From NCBI GenBank assembly GCA_900617105.1, contig UYFQ01000001.1, positions 1,550,001-1,614,000 on the forward strand: a DNA stretch of 64,000 bases, in the 5' to 3' direction. This DNA is from Hydrurus foetidus. Its lineage: Eukaryota. Below are positions 19,947 to 29,642 of this stretch, in pieces. Position numbers and translations under genes: made by a program. Under the pieces are notes generated by a model. It ran no database searches, was not told where the DNA came from, and worked only from the letters and a program-made list of their open reading frames with translations. Numbering within the stretch: the stretch's first letter is position 1; every line of letters starts with the position of its first letter.

Positions 19947-22027
19947 CCCAACCCAAAGACTTACTCCAAAGCCTTGACGGTTTAAGCGCGCCGCAACTGC
20001 GCCGTCTGCTGACCGAACACCTGACCAAGCAAAAGCTGGGGTTGTATTGGGAATCCAATGCAATTGAGCGTGATGCAGCGCTAAACGCGAACATTGTGTT
20101 GCCGCATGTGGTCGAAGAGAACTCGCACAACCTGAATGCTGTCGCCGGGACAGGCACACCCAACCTGATTATTGAGGGCGACAACTACGACTCGTTAAGG
20201 CTGCTTAAAAGCACACACGCTGGCAAAGTACGCGTGATTTACATTGACCCGCCCTACAACACCGGCAACAAAGACTGGGTGTACAACGACCGTTATGTGG
20301 GCGCCAATGACCGCTGGCGGCACAGCCAGTGGCTGGAGTTTTTGTACCGCCGCCTCACACTGGCCAAAGATTTGCTCACCCAAGACGGCGTGATCATGGT
20401 CAGCATCAACGACGAAAACCGGGCGCGGCTGGAGTTGTTGATGGATGAGGTGTTTCCGGGGCGGCGTGTGGGTAGCCTTGTATGGCGCACCAAAGACACG
20501 GGTAATGACCTTAGCCAGCGCTTTAGCCATGTGCATGAGCATGTGCTGGTGTATGGCAACGCAGGCTTCAAGTTCAATGGCCGGGCGACTGACCGCAGCA
20601 AGTTCAGAAATTCCGACAACGACCCGCGTGGCGACTGGTCGCCACAGCCTTTGACCGCGAACAAAACACTCATTGAACGCAAAAACACCTATTACCCGAT
20701 TCAAAACCCCGAGACAGGTTATTGGTACCCCTGCGACCCAGACAGTACCTGGAGATTTGCTTCTGAAAAAGAAATCCGCCAGCGGCTAGGCGATGACGAA
20801 GTGGGTGTACAAGCTGCTTTGGATGGCTTACGCAGCGACACCATGGAAGAGCTGATTGCGCAAAAACTGATTTACTTCCCACCTTGCAAAGCTGCTGACG
20901 TCATGCTGTATGAGACACGAGCTGCGTTAAGCGCTGCCATTGCCGCTGGCACAGGGCCTATGCTGCCGAAAAAGAAAACCCCTTTGTTACGCGAAGACTT
21001 GCCCGACATTGACTTTTGGGTCGGCAAACCGATTGCCACTGGACGACCGTCACGCAAAGAGCTGTGGACAGCCAAGCCAGAAGCGGATCGGCTAGCACCC
21101 TTGAGCAGCTGGATTGCCGGGCAAAACGAAGCTGTTGCAAGCGTTGAAGACGAAAACGGTGACGAGCCCGCCGTGCTGCGCAGCGACAGAGGTGGCGTGG
21201 CCACAGAAGAGATTAAAAACTTGCTGGGCTCAAAAGCCTTCCCCTACCCCAAGCCGTTATCTCTCATTCAAGGCCTACTTTCCCAAGCCACCTGCCCCAA
21301 CGACACCATCCTCGATTTCTTCGCAGGCAGCGGCACCACAGGCCATGCGGTACTGGCATTGAACGCACTCGACGGCGGCAACCGCAAGTTCATTTTGTGC
21401 AGCAGCACCGAGGCCACTGACAAAGAGCCCGCTAAAAACCTGTGCCGTGACGTGTGTGCAGAACGCATGAAGCGGGTGATTGAATCAGATGCCGCGTTTG
21501 CAAACAACAGCTTTGCCTACCTGCAGCTCGACAAAATAGCACCGGGCGATGCACCATTTGAGTCTGACTGCGCGCATGCTTTTCAGTTGCTCACGCTGCG
21601 ACTGGGCAAAGTGGCTCGGCCTGTGCCTACAGCCGACAAGGGCATCAAAATTTTGCTGCAAAGCGCGGCTGAAGGCTCATTGACCGTGCTGGTACACCGC
21701 CTGACAACCGCAGCACTTGAGGCTCTAGCCGCCCTGCCCTTGTCCAGCAACGCCAACTACGGCCACTTGCGCGTTTACTCAACCCGGCCAGACACGGTGC
21801 GCAACCATTTGCAGCGCGTCTGGGAGGGGAGTGAGAAAACCTTCGAGTCCCTGTCGCTGCAAAAAGCCATGCTGCATGGGCAAATAGCGCCGCGGGCGCG
21901 CGTCAAAAGCAGGCGTACAACTGCACAAGGCGCTGAAGTTACTACTGATTTGATAGCTGCTCGCGCCCATGAATCGGCGGCTAGCGGTCTAAATGCCTCT
22001 GAAAAGCCTGAAAAATCCGAAAAATGA
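19943..22027 (+). CDS. Type III R-M adenine methyltransferase (Mod)
   Basis: LIIEGDN, IYIDPPYNTG, FPYPKP, DFFAGSGTT (beta-class order); TTG start. Confidence 0.93.
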   Translation: MTQPKDLLQSLDGLSAPQLRRLLTEHLTKQKLGLYWESNAIERDAALNANIVLPHVVEENSHNLNAVAGTGTPNLIIEGDNYDSLRLLKSTHAGKVRVIYIDPPYNTGNKDWVYNDRYVGANDRWRHSQWLEFLYRRLTLAKDLLTQDGVIMVSINDENRARLELLMDEVFPGRRVGSLVWRTKDTGNDLSQRFSHVHEHVLVYGNAGFKFNGRATDRSKFRNSDNDPRGDWSPQPLTANKTLIERKNTYYPIQNPETGYWYPCDPDSTWRFASEKEIRQRLGDDEVGVQAALDGLRSDTMEELIAQKLIYFPPCKAADVMLYETRAALSAAIAAGTGPMLPKKKTPLLREDLPDIDFWVGKPIATGRPSRKELWTAKPEADRLAPLSSWIAGQNEAVASVEDENGDEPAVLRSDRGGVATEEIKNLLGSKAFPYPKPLSLIQGLLSQATCPNDTILDFFAGSGTTGHAVLALNALDGGNRKFILCSSTEATDKEPAKNLCRDVCAERMKRVIESDAAFANNSFAYLQLDKIAPGDAPFESDCAHAFQLLTLRLGKVARPVPTADKGIKILLQSAAEGSLTVLVHRLTTAALEALAALPLSSNANYGHLRVYSTRPDTVRNHLQRVWEGSEKTFESLSLQKAMLHGQIAPRARVKSRRTTAQGAEVTTDLIAARAHESAASGLNASEKPEKSEK
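21940..21988 (+). repeat. 49-bp dispersed motif, copy 6 (in frame in the mod tail)
   Basis: tactac-tgatttg-atagc-tgct-cgcgcc-catgaatcgg-cggctagcggt. Confidence 0.8.
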
Positions 22028-24789
22028 CATTACTTCAGAGCCCTACACCGCAAATCGCAGCCCCGCAGGGTGACGCGCGCGTGCCCAAGCGGTTTCAAAC
22101 CGACATCATCAACGGCATCACCACTGCTTTGCAACGTGAGGCACGCCCGCCCTGCTTGCTGCGCAGCCCTACTGGGTCTGGCAAAACCTACATGCTGGCC
22201 AAGGTGCTGCAGCGCATCAGCAGCCAGCAGCCCACACTGTGGCTGTGGTTTGTGCCCTACGTGACGCTAGTGGCGCAAACCATTGACGCGCTGGTAACTG
22301 AAGGCGCTGGGTTGACTGCCAGAGAGCTATCCACCGCCTTGAACGAGGAACCCGCAGCCAACCTAGTGCTGCTTTCAACCGCACAAGGCGTGGCAAGTGC
22401 GAAAGGTCGTGCCAGTGGCTACACCACGGGCAACAATGACACCGCCCGCAGCATTGCGCCCTACCTGGCACGCGCTAAAAGCATGGGCCTGGAGATTGGC
22501 CTGGTAGTTGACGAAGCGCACATCGCCCTGAAAAGCACCACTGAATTTGGCGAATTTGCGCACTGGGTGCAGGCTGATTACTTTTTAATGGCCAGCGCCA
22601 CACCGCGCGATGCAGCGCTGAACGCGTTTATTGAAAAAGCAGGCTACGGCGCGATCGAAACCTTCACCGCCAGCCGGGCCGACGTGGTCAATGCGCGGCT
22701 GAACAAGCAATGGATTCAAGCGGTGGTCTACAACCTGCGTGAGTCCATGCAAAGCGTGACCGACCTGGATATGACGGTGCTGCGCCGAGCCTGGCGACAA
22801 AACCGCAAAATTGAGCGTGACCTGCGCGCACTGGGCTTGGCCACCGTGCCGCTGATGCTGGTGCAAGTGGCCAACGGCGAAGAGGCGATACGCGAGGCGT
22901 TTTCCTTTTTAACCAAGGATTTAGGCATTTCGCCCGACGTGATTGGCATGCACGAGGCGGCAGACCCTGACCCCCTGATGATGGCGGCCATTGCCAACGA
23001 CACGCGCAGGCAGGTACTGATCTTCAAGCAATCGGCCGGGACGGGTTTTGATGCGCCACGCGCGTTTGTTCTGGCGTCAACCAAGCACGTGAACGACGCC
23101 GACTTTGCCACCCAATTTATTGGCCGAATCATGCGCGTGCCGTTCGAGTTGCAGCAGGCTTACCCAGACGCAAACCGCGTACCACCCGAATTGGACACGG
23201 CTTATGTATTTTTGGCCAATGCTCAATCGCAGCCGGGTTTTGCTGAAGCTGCAGCCGCCATCAAAGGCGTGAAATCGCAGCTCAGCGGGCAAACCGAAGA
23301 GCTTTACTTTCGGCGTACCGCGCACGGCGGGGTGGCCATGACCAATCGGCCCACAGACCAAACGCCTTTGATTTACAACCTGGGTTTGCTGCGCACACAG
23401 GCACCAGACGGCGCAGTGCGTCCCCCTGAAGTGATTGCCCAAAATCACTTACCAAATCGACCAACGCCGCTTGATGGCCTTGAACCCGGTAGCAGCCTGA
23501 GTTTGTTTGAGCCGCTGGCAGAAGCTGACGACCTGGACACACTGCTGCCTTCAGACGCCTTTGCAGACTCCTTCGCCACCAAAAAAGCGCCCCGCGCCGT
23601 ACCCAAGGCGCCAGCCAGCCGGGATGAGCTTTATGCAGCGCTTGATGAAGCTGACCTGCGCGCGTTGCCGCGCCGCACGCAGCTAGCCAGCCACAAAGTG
23701 CCTAACCGCTTCATGACGGAGGTGCAGCCGATGTTTGAGGCACTGGCACTTGACGTGAATGAAGCGGCTCGCAATTTGAGTATCGACGACAACACCCGAG
23801 CCAATGCAGTGAAAGCGGCGCTGAACCGGATGACTGAAAAGGAAATTCGTACAGAGCTTTTTGGCGGTGAGGTGTTTGAAGAAGACGTGCAGGTTATTAC
23901 CGACCAAGAAGCGCTGCTTGACCACACGCGCGAACAGCTAGCCACATTGGGCCTAGAAGATCAAGACGCCACCGACGTGATTCAAACGCTGGCCTTACGG
24001 CTGATTGATGCCGTCGAGCAAGCCTGGGCGCTGCAAGATGAAGACGCACGCCCCAGCGCAGCAGCACAGCGTAGCCAAGCTCGGCAAGCGGCTTGCTGGG
24101 TGATACACAAGCAATTCCCTGAGTTGCAAGAGGCGCTGCACAGCCAGTGGGCTAACCGTGCCAAGCTGGACTTTGCACAGCCGCTGCCTGATGCCCTGTT
24201 GCTACCAGCCAGTGTTGCTGTGTTGCCGTCACGCAAAAACATTTATGGTGTGCTGTACCCAGACCTGGGTGTGGTGGCTGCCGCGCGCGAGATCATGGGG
24301 CCAGATGCACGCAAGCTTTTTAAAAACGAAACGTGGGTATATGGTGAAAGTGCTGAAGTCGTCAGCCTGGCGTGCGTGGACGGTACTTACGAGTTCAACG
24401 AGGGTGAATTGACGTTCGCCAAAGCGCTTGATCTGGCCAATTTTGTAGAGTGGTGGCATCGCAACCCACAAGGCAAACCGTTTAGCGTGGGCCTGCTGCG
24501 CGGCGACAGCAAAAAACTGTTTTACCCCGACTTTTTGGTGTGCATGACGCACATGCCTGGCGACGAGCCACTGATGCGCTTGATTGACCCCAAGCACGAC
24601 ACCAAAGACGCTTCACGCAAGTCCATACACACGTCAAGCTACTACGGCAAGGTGCTGTTTTTAACCAAAGACGCAAGTCGCTTCAAAATCGTCAATGATG
24701 ACGGCAGCGTAGGCGATGTGGTGGACTTTGACGACCTAAGCCGCTTGAAGACGTGGATGCGTGCGACGCAGCCGTTGGGACAAAAATAG
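22024..24789 (+). CDS. Type III R-M restriction subunit (SF2 helicase-nuclease, Res)
   Basis: PTGSGKT, DEAH, SAT, QFIGRIMR, C-terminal YPDF..DPK nuclease motif; ATGA overlap with mod. Confidence 0.88.
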   Translation: MTLLQSPTPQIAAPQGDARVPKRFQTDIINGITTALQREARPPCLLRSPTGSGKTYMLAKVLQRISSQQPTLWLWFVPYVTLVAQTIDALVTEGAGLTARELSTALNEEPAANLVLLSTAQGVASAKGRASGYTTGNNDTARSIAPYLARAKSMGLEIGLVVDEAHIALKSTTEFGEFAHWVQADYFLMASATPRDAALNAFIEKAGYGAIETFTASRADVVNARLNKQWIQAVVYNLRESMQSVTDLDMTVLRRAWRQNRKIERDLRALGLATVPLMLVQVANGEEAIREAFSFLTKDLGISPDVIGMHEAADPDPLMMAAIANDTRRQVLIFKQSAGTGFDAPRAFVLASTKHVNDADFATQFIGRIMRVPFELQQAYPDANRVPPELDTAYVFLANAQSQPGFAEAAAAIKGVKSQLSGQTEELYFRRTAHGGVAMTNRPTDQTPLIYNLGLLRTQAPDGAVRPPEVIAQNHLPNRPTPLDGLEPGSSLSLFEPLAEADDLDTLLPSDAFADSFATKKAPRAVPKAPASRDELYAALDEADLRALPRRTQLASHKVPNRFMTEVQPMFEALALDVNEAARNLSIDDNTRANAVKAALNRMTEKEIRTELFGGEVFEEDVQVITDQEALLDHTREQLATLGLEDQDATDVIQTLALRLIDAVEQAWALQDEDARPSAAAQRSQARQAACWVIHKQFPELQEALHSQWANRAKLDFAQPLPDALLLPASVAVLPSRKNIYGVLYPDLGVVAAAREIMGPDARKLFKNETWVYGESAEVVSLACVDGTYEFNEGELTFAKALDLANFVEWWHRNPQGKPFSVGLLRGDSKKLFYPDFLVCMTHMPGDEPLMRLIDPKHDTKDASRKSIHTSSYYGKVLFLTKDASRFKIVNDDGSVGDVVDFDDLSRLKTWMRATQPLGQK

Positions 24790-24810
24790 CTTTAAAAACC
24801 AATTAAATCA

Positions 24811-24859
24811 ACCTATAGCCCAATAGATACAGGCGCAAGCAGCTCCTAAAATAATAGTA
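24811..24859 (-). repeat. 49-bp dispersed motif, copy 7 (intergenic, res-serB)
   Basis: revcomp tactat-tatttta-ggagc-tgct-tgcgcc-tgtatctatt-gggctataggt; shares a 21-nt identical block with copy 5. Confidence 0.9.
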
Positions 24860-24869
24860 AATAAGAATC

Positions 24870-25580
24870 ATGAATTCTTCAGACAAATCACCCGGTTTGG
24901 TCATTCAAGGCTTTAAGCCACCGCTTAAGCTGGCCAGTTTCAAATTGATCGCCTTCGACATGGACTCGACGCTGATCAACATCGAATGCATCGATGAAAT
25001 AGCCGACGCGGTGGGCTTGAAGCCGCAAGTAGCGGCTATTACCGAAGCCACCATGCGCGGGGAGATTGCTGATTTCAAAACCAGCTTGCGCCGCCGGGTG
25101 GCGCTGCTTAAAGGCGTCAGCGTGCAAGACATGCAGCGCGTGTACGACGAGCGCTTGCAACTGAACCCCGGCGCCATTGAGTTGGTGGCTGCTTGCAAAC
25201 AGGCGGGCATGAAAACGCTTTTGGTGTCTGGCGGATTCACATTTTTTGCCGACCGTGTGGCCCAGCGCTTGGCGCTTGACTATGCCAAGTCAAACCAATT
25301 GCAAATTGAAACCGGCTTGCTGACCGGCGCGCTGGTGCCGCAAACATGGGGTGACATTTGTGATGGCGATGAAAAGCGCAAAACGCTGCTTGACACTTGC
25401 GCGCTGCTGGGCATTGAGCCAAGCCAGGCGATCGCAGTGGGTGATGGCGCGAACGATTTGCCGATGATGGCGGCGGCTGGGCTGTCAGTGGCTTTTCATG
25501 CCAAACCCACCGTGCGTGAACAAGCCATGGTGGCAATCAACTCGGGTGGGCTTGACCGCTTGCTTGAAGTTTTTCAGTGA
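24870..25580 (+). CDS. serB: Phosphoserine phosphatase
   Basis: FDMDSTL, VSGGF, GDGAND HAD motifs. Confidence 0.95.
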   Translation: MNSSDKSPGLVIQGFKPPLKLASFKLIAFDMDSTLINIECIDEIADAVGLKPQVAAITEATMRGEIADFKTSLRRRVALLKGVSVQDMQRVYDERLQLNPGAIELVAACKQAGMKTLLVSGGFTFFADRVAQRLALDYAKSNQLQIETGLLTGALVPQTWGDICDGDEKRKTLLDTCALLGIEPSQAIAVGDGANDLPMMAAAGLSVAFHAKPTVREQAMVAINSGGLDRLLEVFQ

Positions 25581-25592
25581 CCAACGCGGTGA

Positions 25593-27176
25593 TCAAAGCC
25601 GCTCCACCATCGCCTTGCCGCCAGCCACCGTAAACTGCGCCAGCGTTTCAATGCCGGCGTCTTGCCGGGTGACATCGGTGACCACCCGCAGCGTAGTTTT
25701 CAACTGCCTGGCGCTCACGTCGACTACGCCGTAGCCTTTGCGCTCTGCATCGGCAAACACAAAGTGCGGGTTCTCGGCCAGCGTTTCCGCCAGCTTGGCG
25801 TTGCCGCCTGAGCGCGACGTGATGCTGGTGCCGCAAAACTCCACGCCGACTGCGCCGCTGTTGGCTTGCGCGTAGTCGGCTTTGATTTGGCCAACCCAGT
25901 TTTCATGCACGTCGCCGCCGAGCACGACCAGGTTGGGCACCTCGCTTTTGCGGGCGGAGTCAATCAAACGGGTTCGAGCCGCGCTGTAGCCGTCCCAACC
26001 GTCGTTCCACAAACTTTGCTCTGGCCCTGCTTTCCAGTCACGCTGGCCTAGCAACGACTGCTGACCGACGATGTTCCAGCCAGTCGATTTGGTTTGCTGG
26101 CTGGCCCAATTGGCGTCCAGCCAGTGCTCTTGCTCGGCACCCAGCATGGTGCGGGCGGGGTCAGCCCAGGCCGGGCAATTGGCGGGGTTAACTGTGCTGG
26201 AGCCGCGCTTGCCGCCTGTGGTGCAGACCTGTGGGCTTTTGTATTGGCGTGCGTCCAGCATGGTGAATGAGGCCAGCTGGCCGTACTGCACGCGGTTGTA
26301 GATTCGCATTTCTGCGCCAGTGGCCATTCCCGCCACAGCCCGCGTGAGCACCGATGCCCGCACCGGCATGTGTTCGTAAAACGCCTGATACGCAGCAGAT
26401 CGACGCGCTGCAAAGTCGGCCACGTCAGGTCCGTTTTCACCAACACTTAAACCCGCATAGTCGTTTTGCACCTCGTGATCGTCCCAGGTCACCAGCCACG
26501 GGCATGCGGCGTGCATGGTTTGCAAATCTGCGTCTTGCTTGTGGGTGGCATAGCGCTGGCGATAGTCATCAAGCGTCAATACCCAGCCACCCGGCGCTGT
26601 ACGTACGCCGTTGGCTGCGCGCGGGTACTCGTAAATATAGTCGCCCAAAAACATGACCAAATCGAGGTTTTCTTCAGCCATGTGGCGGTACGCAGAAAAG
26701 TAGCCGTGTTCCCAGCGCTGGCACGACGCGTAGGCCAAACGCAAGCCGCTGACCACAGCATCAGGCGCCGGGAAAGTACGGGTACGGCCCACAGGGCTGA
26801 CTGCGTCGCCGACTATAAAACGATAGAAATACCAGCGGTCGGGCGCCAAGCCCTGCACTTCAGCGTGCACCGAGTAGGCCAGTCCGGCCACTGCAGTAGA
26901 CTGCCCGCTTTGTACGATGCGCGTGAACTTGTCGTCGTGCGCCACCTCCCACTTCACGCTCACGCCGACGCTGTTGAAGCTTGCAGGAACGGGCGGCATC
27001 AATCTTGTCCACAACACAACCGAATCGTGTGTGGGCGAACCGCTGGCAACGCCAAGGCCGAAAGGCGAAGTATCAAACTTTGCCTGCGCCCAGGCGCGGC
27101 GGGGCAAACACAGGCTTGCGCCGCCGAGTGCAGCCAATTGAAGCCATTGACGACGCTGTAGCACTGGATGAGTCAT
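25593..27176 (-). CDS. phoD: Alkaline phosphatase D family, Tat-exported
   Basis: RRQWL Tat motif, GVASG, GDYIYE, WDDHE, DGWDGY, GDVH. Confidence 0.92.
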   Translation of the reverse strand: MTHPVLQRRQWLQLAALGGASLCLPRRAWAQAKFDTSPFGLGVASGSPTHDSVVLWTRLMPPVPASFNSVGVSVKWEVAHDDKFTRIVQSGQSTAVAGLAYSVHAEVQGLAPDRWYFYRFIVGDAVSPVGRTRTFPAPDAVVSGLRLAYASCQRWEHGYFSAYRHMAEENLDLVMFLGDYIYEYPRAANGVRTAPGGWVLTLDDYRQRYATHKQDADLQTMHAACPWLVTWDDHEVQNDYAGLSVGENGPDVADFAARRSAAYQAFYEHMPVRASVLTRAVAGMATGAEMRIYNRVQYGQLASFTMLDARQYKSPQVCTTGGKRGSSTVNPANCPAWADPARTMLGAEQEHWLDANWASQQTKSTGWNIVGQQSLLGQRDWKAGPEQSLWNDGWDGYSAARTRLIDSARKSEVPNLVVLGGDVHENWVGQIKADYAQANSGAVGVEFCGTSITSRSGGNAKLAETLAENPHFVFADAERKGYGVVDVSARQLKTTLRVVTDVTRQDAGIETLAQFTVAGGKAMVERL

Positions 27177-27210
27177 TTGCGCAAACTCTCAAAGTTGAAA
27201 TAAATACGGC

Positions 27211-28659
27211 TCAGGCGATCAGCGATTGCAGCACACCCACTTCAAAATGCAGCTCAATGTAATCGGCCAGCCCGTTAAACACGCTGTCAAGCGTTGGCAC
27301 CTTTGCACCAAACAATGCTTGCAACACGGCCGGGTCTTCAAACAAGCCATGCAGATAAATGCCCAGTACATTGCCGTGCGCGTTTTGCCAGGCCAGCTCA
27401 TGCGGCATAACCGGATGTGTCCCGTCTGCCATGTCGGCGCGCAACGCTGTTTGCCCTTGGTGAATTTCATAGCCCGACACTTGCACATTCGACAATGCAG
27501 CCCACAAACCTGTGAGTTCAGTGAATTGCGTTTGCCTGCGCTGCACCGTTTTGAATTCTTCAAACACAGTGACCACACCCAGCAAGCCCAGCCCGGCCGC
27601 ATTGCCCTCAATGCCGTGCGGGTCTATCAACGCCTCGCCCAACATTTGCAAGCCGCCGCAAATGCCCAGCACCGGGCCACCCCGCGCGGCATGGTCGGCA
27701 ACCGATTGATCAAGCCCTTGTGCGCGCAGCCAGGCCAGGTCACCGCTGGTGGCTTTTGAACCCGGCAAGATGATCCAGTCGTCACTCGATAGGCCAGCCA
27801 GTTCTACCGGGCTGCGTGCCCACACCAAACGCACGCCGGGCACGTTTTTAAGTGATTGGAATTCGTCCAGGTTGCTGATGCGCGGGTAAGCGACGACTGC
27901 GATAGTTTTCGTGACTTGCCCGCTAGACTTTGTTGTGTCGTCGAACACACCGTCCTCTTCGGGCAGGCCGTGCTGCCACCACATGGGCAGCGTTGCGACG
28001 GTCGGCACACCGGTCAGGTCTTGCAGCATTTGCGGGCCGGGCGCGAGCAGTTTGGCGTCGCCCCTGAACTTGTTTAATACAAAACCTTTGATAAGTTTTT
28101 GCTCCGCAGCATCCAGCATCGCCCACGTGCCATACAGGTGCGCAAACGCCCCGCCCCGGTCAATGTCAGTGACCAGCAGGCAAGCCGCGTTGGCATGCAG
28201 GGCGACCCGCATATTAACGATGTCGCTGTGCTTTAAATTGATTTCTGCGGGCGAACCTGCGCCTTCAATCACCACCACATCGTTGTCGGCCATCAGCTCA
28301 TCCAGTGCGCGCGCCACCTCGGGCCACACAAGTGCACTGCGTTCACGCCACGGCATTTTTGACAATTCAGCATGAACCTGCCCCATCAAAATCACCTGGC
28401 TTTGGGTGTCTTTTTCAGGTTTAAGGAGCAGCGGGTTCATGCGGACTTCAGGCGTTGCAAGTGCAGCCAGCGCCTGAAAATACTGAGCGCTGCCAATCTC
28501 CCCGCCCGGAACCACCCTGGCGTTGTTGCTCATGTTTTGCGCTTTGTAAGGCGCCACCTTCAAGCCCTGCCTGGCGTAGTAGCGACACAGCGCCGTCGTC
28601 AACCAGCTTTTGCCAGCGCCGCTGGTCGTGCCCAACACCATCACTGCTTTTGCAGTCAC
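27211..28659 (-). CDS. cobQ: Cobyric acid synthase
   Basis: GTTSGAGKS, KAQNMSNN, EGAGSPAEIN, GICGG, YLHG; GTG start overlaps the upstream stop. Confidence 0.95.
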   Translation of the reverse strand: MTAKAVMVLGTTSGAGKSWLTTALCRYYARQGLKVAPYKAQNMSNNARVVPGGEIGSAQYFQALAALATPEVRMNPLLLKPEKDTQSQVILMGQVHAELSKMPWRERSALVWPEVARALDELMADNDVVVIEGAGSPAEINLKHSDIVNMRVALHANAACLLVTDIDRGGAFAHLYGTWAMLDAAEQKLIKGFVLNKFRGDAKLLAPGPQMLQDLTGVPTVATLPMWWQHGLPEEDGVFDDTTKSSGQVTKTIAVVAYPRISNLDEFQSLKNVPGVRLVWARSPVELAGLSSDDWIILPGSKATSGDLAWLRAQGLDQSVADHAARGGPVLGICGGLQMLGEALIDPHGIEGNAAGLGLLGVVTVFEEFKTVQRRQTQFTELTGLWAALSNVQVSGYEIHQGQTALRADMADGTHPVMPHELAWQNAHGNVLGIYLHGLFEDPAVLQALFGAKVPTLDSVFNGLADYIELHFEVGVLQSLIA

Positions 28660-29642
28660 GTCATGCCTTTGATTTGCATCCACGCATTGTGCAGCGCGGT
28701 TTGCGCAGCCGGGCTTTGCACGCTGATGCGCACATGCCCGGGCAGTCCAAAAGAGGTGCAGTCACGCAGCTGAATGCCGCGCCCGCGCAGCGCCGCCAGA
28801 TCAATGTTTGTCTGGCAAACAAAAAAATTAGCCAGGCTGGGTAAAACCACCCAACCGAACGATTGACACATGGCAACTTGCTTCGCCTTCCATTGCCGCA
28901 GCGTAGCCAAACTGCTGGCCAGCCAGGCTTGCGCTTCTGGCTGCGTCCAGGCACTGAGCATGGCCACGCCGTGCGCGCCAATAGGCCACGACGGGCAGAG
29001 CTGATTCATCGCTTCAATATCGGCCGCTGCACGCACCGGCGCAATGGCGTAAGCGGCCCGCACGCCAGTCAGGTCAAGCGCTTTGTTGGGCGAGTACAGC
29101 TGCCACACCTTTTGCAGTTCAGGCTCTGGCAACGTCAACTTGCCGTCCAGGCGCAGTGGCTCATAGGCCAGGTCAAGCACCCGCACTGCTCCGCTTGCAC
29201 TGCGCCAGTCAACGTGTTCTGCGCCAAGTGGGCTGGACGGCTCGCAGGCCCAGACCAGGTCAGACGCAAACGGATTGGTCACCGCAATCAAACCTTGCGC
29301 AGCGGATGCGTGCGCGTAGTCACCGTAGCTGTGCGGCGGCAGCCACACGGAGTGCCCACCGCGCCTGGCCACCAGTGCTGTGATGCGAAAAATAAACTCA
29401 CTGGCGCTGGCGGCTAGCACCACACGCTGCACGTCTACGCCATGAAAATTTGCCAGCTTCTCACGCAGTGCGGTGTAGCCGTTATCAGGGTATTGCGTTG
29501 GGTCAGCCTGCAGCATAGCCGCCAATGCCGTTGGGCATGCGCCGTACGCATTGCTGTTGGTTGAAAAGTCAAACTGAGCCGCGCCGGATCCATCGGGGCC
29601 GCCATGAATACGTTGTTGCTCGCGTTGCAATGGAGAATTCAT
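28656..29642 (-). CDS. Threonine-phosphate decarboxylase-like PLP enzyme (CobD/CobC type)
   Basis: HGG..DFSTN, SPNK PLP lysine, LRDCTSFGL; cob context. Confidence 0.8.
   Translation of the reverse strand: MNSPLQREQQRIHGGPDGSGAAQFDFSTNSNAYGACPTALAAMLQADPTQYPDNGYTALREKLANFHGVDVQRVVLAASASEFIFRITALVARRGGHSVWLPPHSYGDYAHASAAQGLIAVTNPFASDLVWACEPSSPLGAEHVDWRSASGAVRVLDLAYEPLRLDGKLTLPEPELQKVWQLYSPNKALDLTGVRAAYAIAPVRAAADIEAMNQLCPSWPIGAHGVAMLSAWTQPEAQAWLASSLATLRQWKAKQVAMCQSFGWVVLPSLANFFVCQTNIDLAALRGRGIQLRDCTSFGLPGHVRISVQSPAAQTALHNAWMQIKGMT

Noticed and set aside
19943..22027. Phase-variable mod (phasevarion)
   Set aside because: No simple-sequence repeat tract visible in or upstream of mod
16833..24869. 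Island as a prophage, ICE or IS-borne element
   Set aside because: No integrase, transposase, tRNA att site or phage gene anywhere in the window
25593..27210. phoD, 34 bp downstream of cobQ, as a stand-in cobalamin-pathway phosphatase
   Set aside because: The Tat signal implies export, whereas that step is cytoplasmic; adjacency alone is not enough
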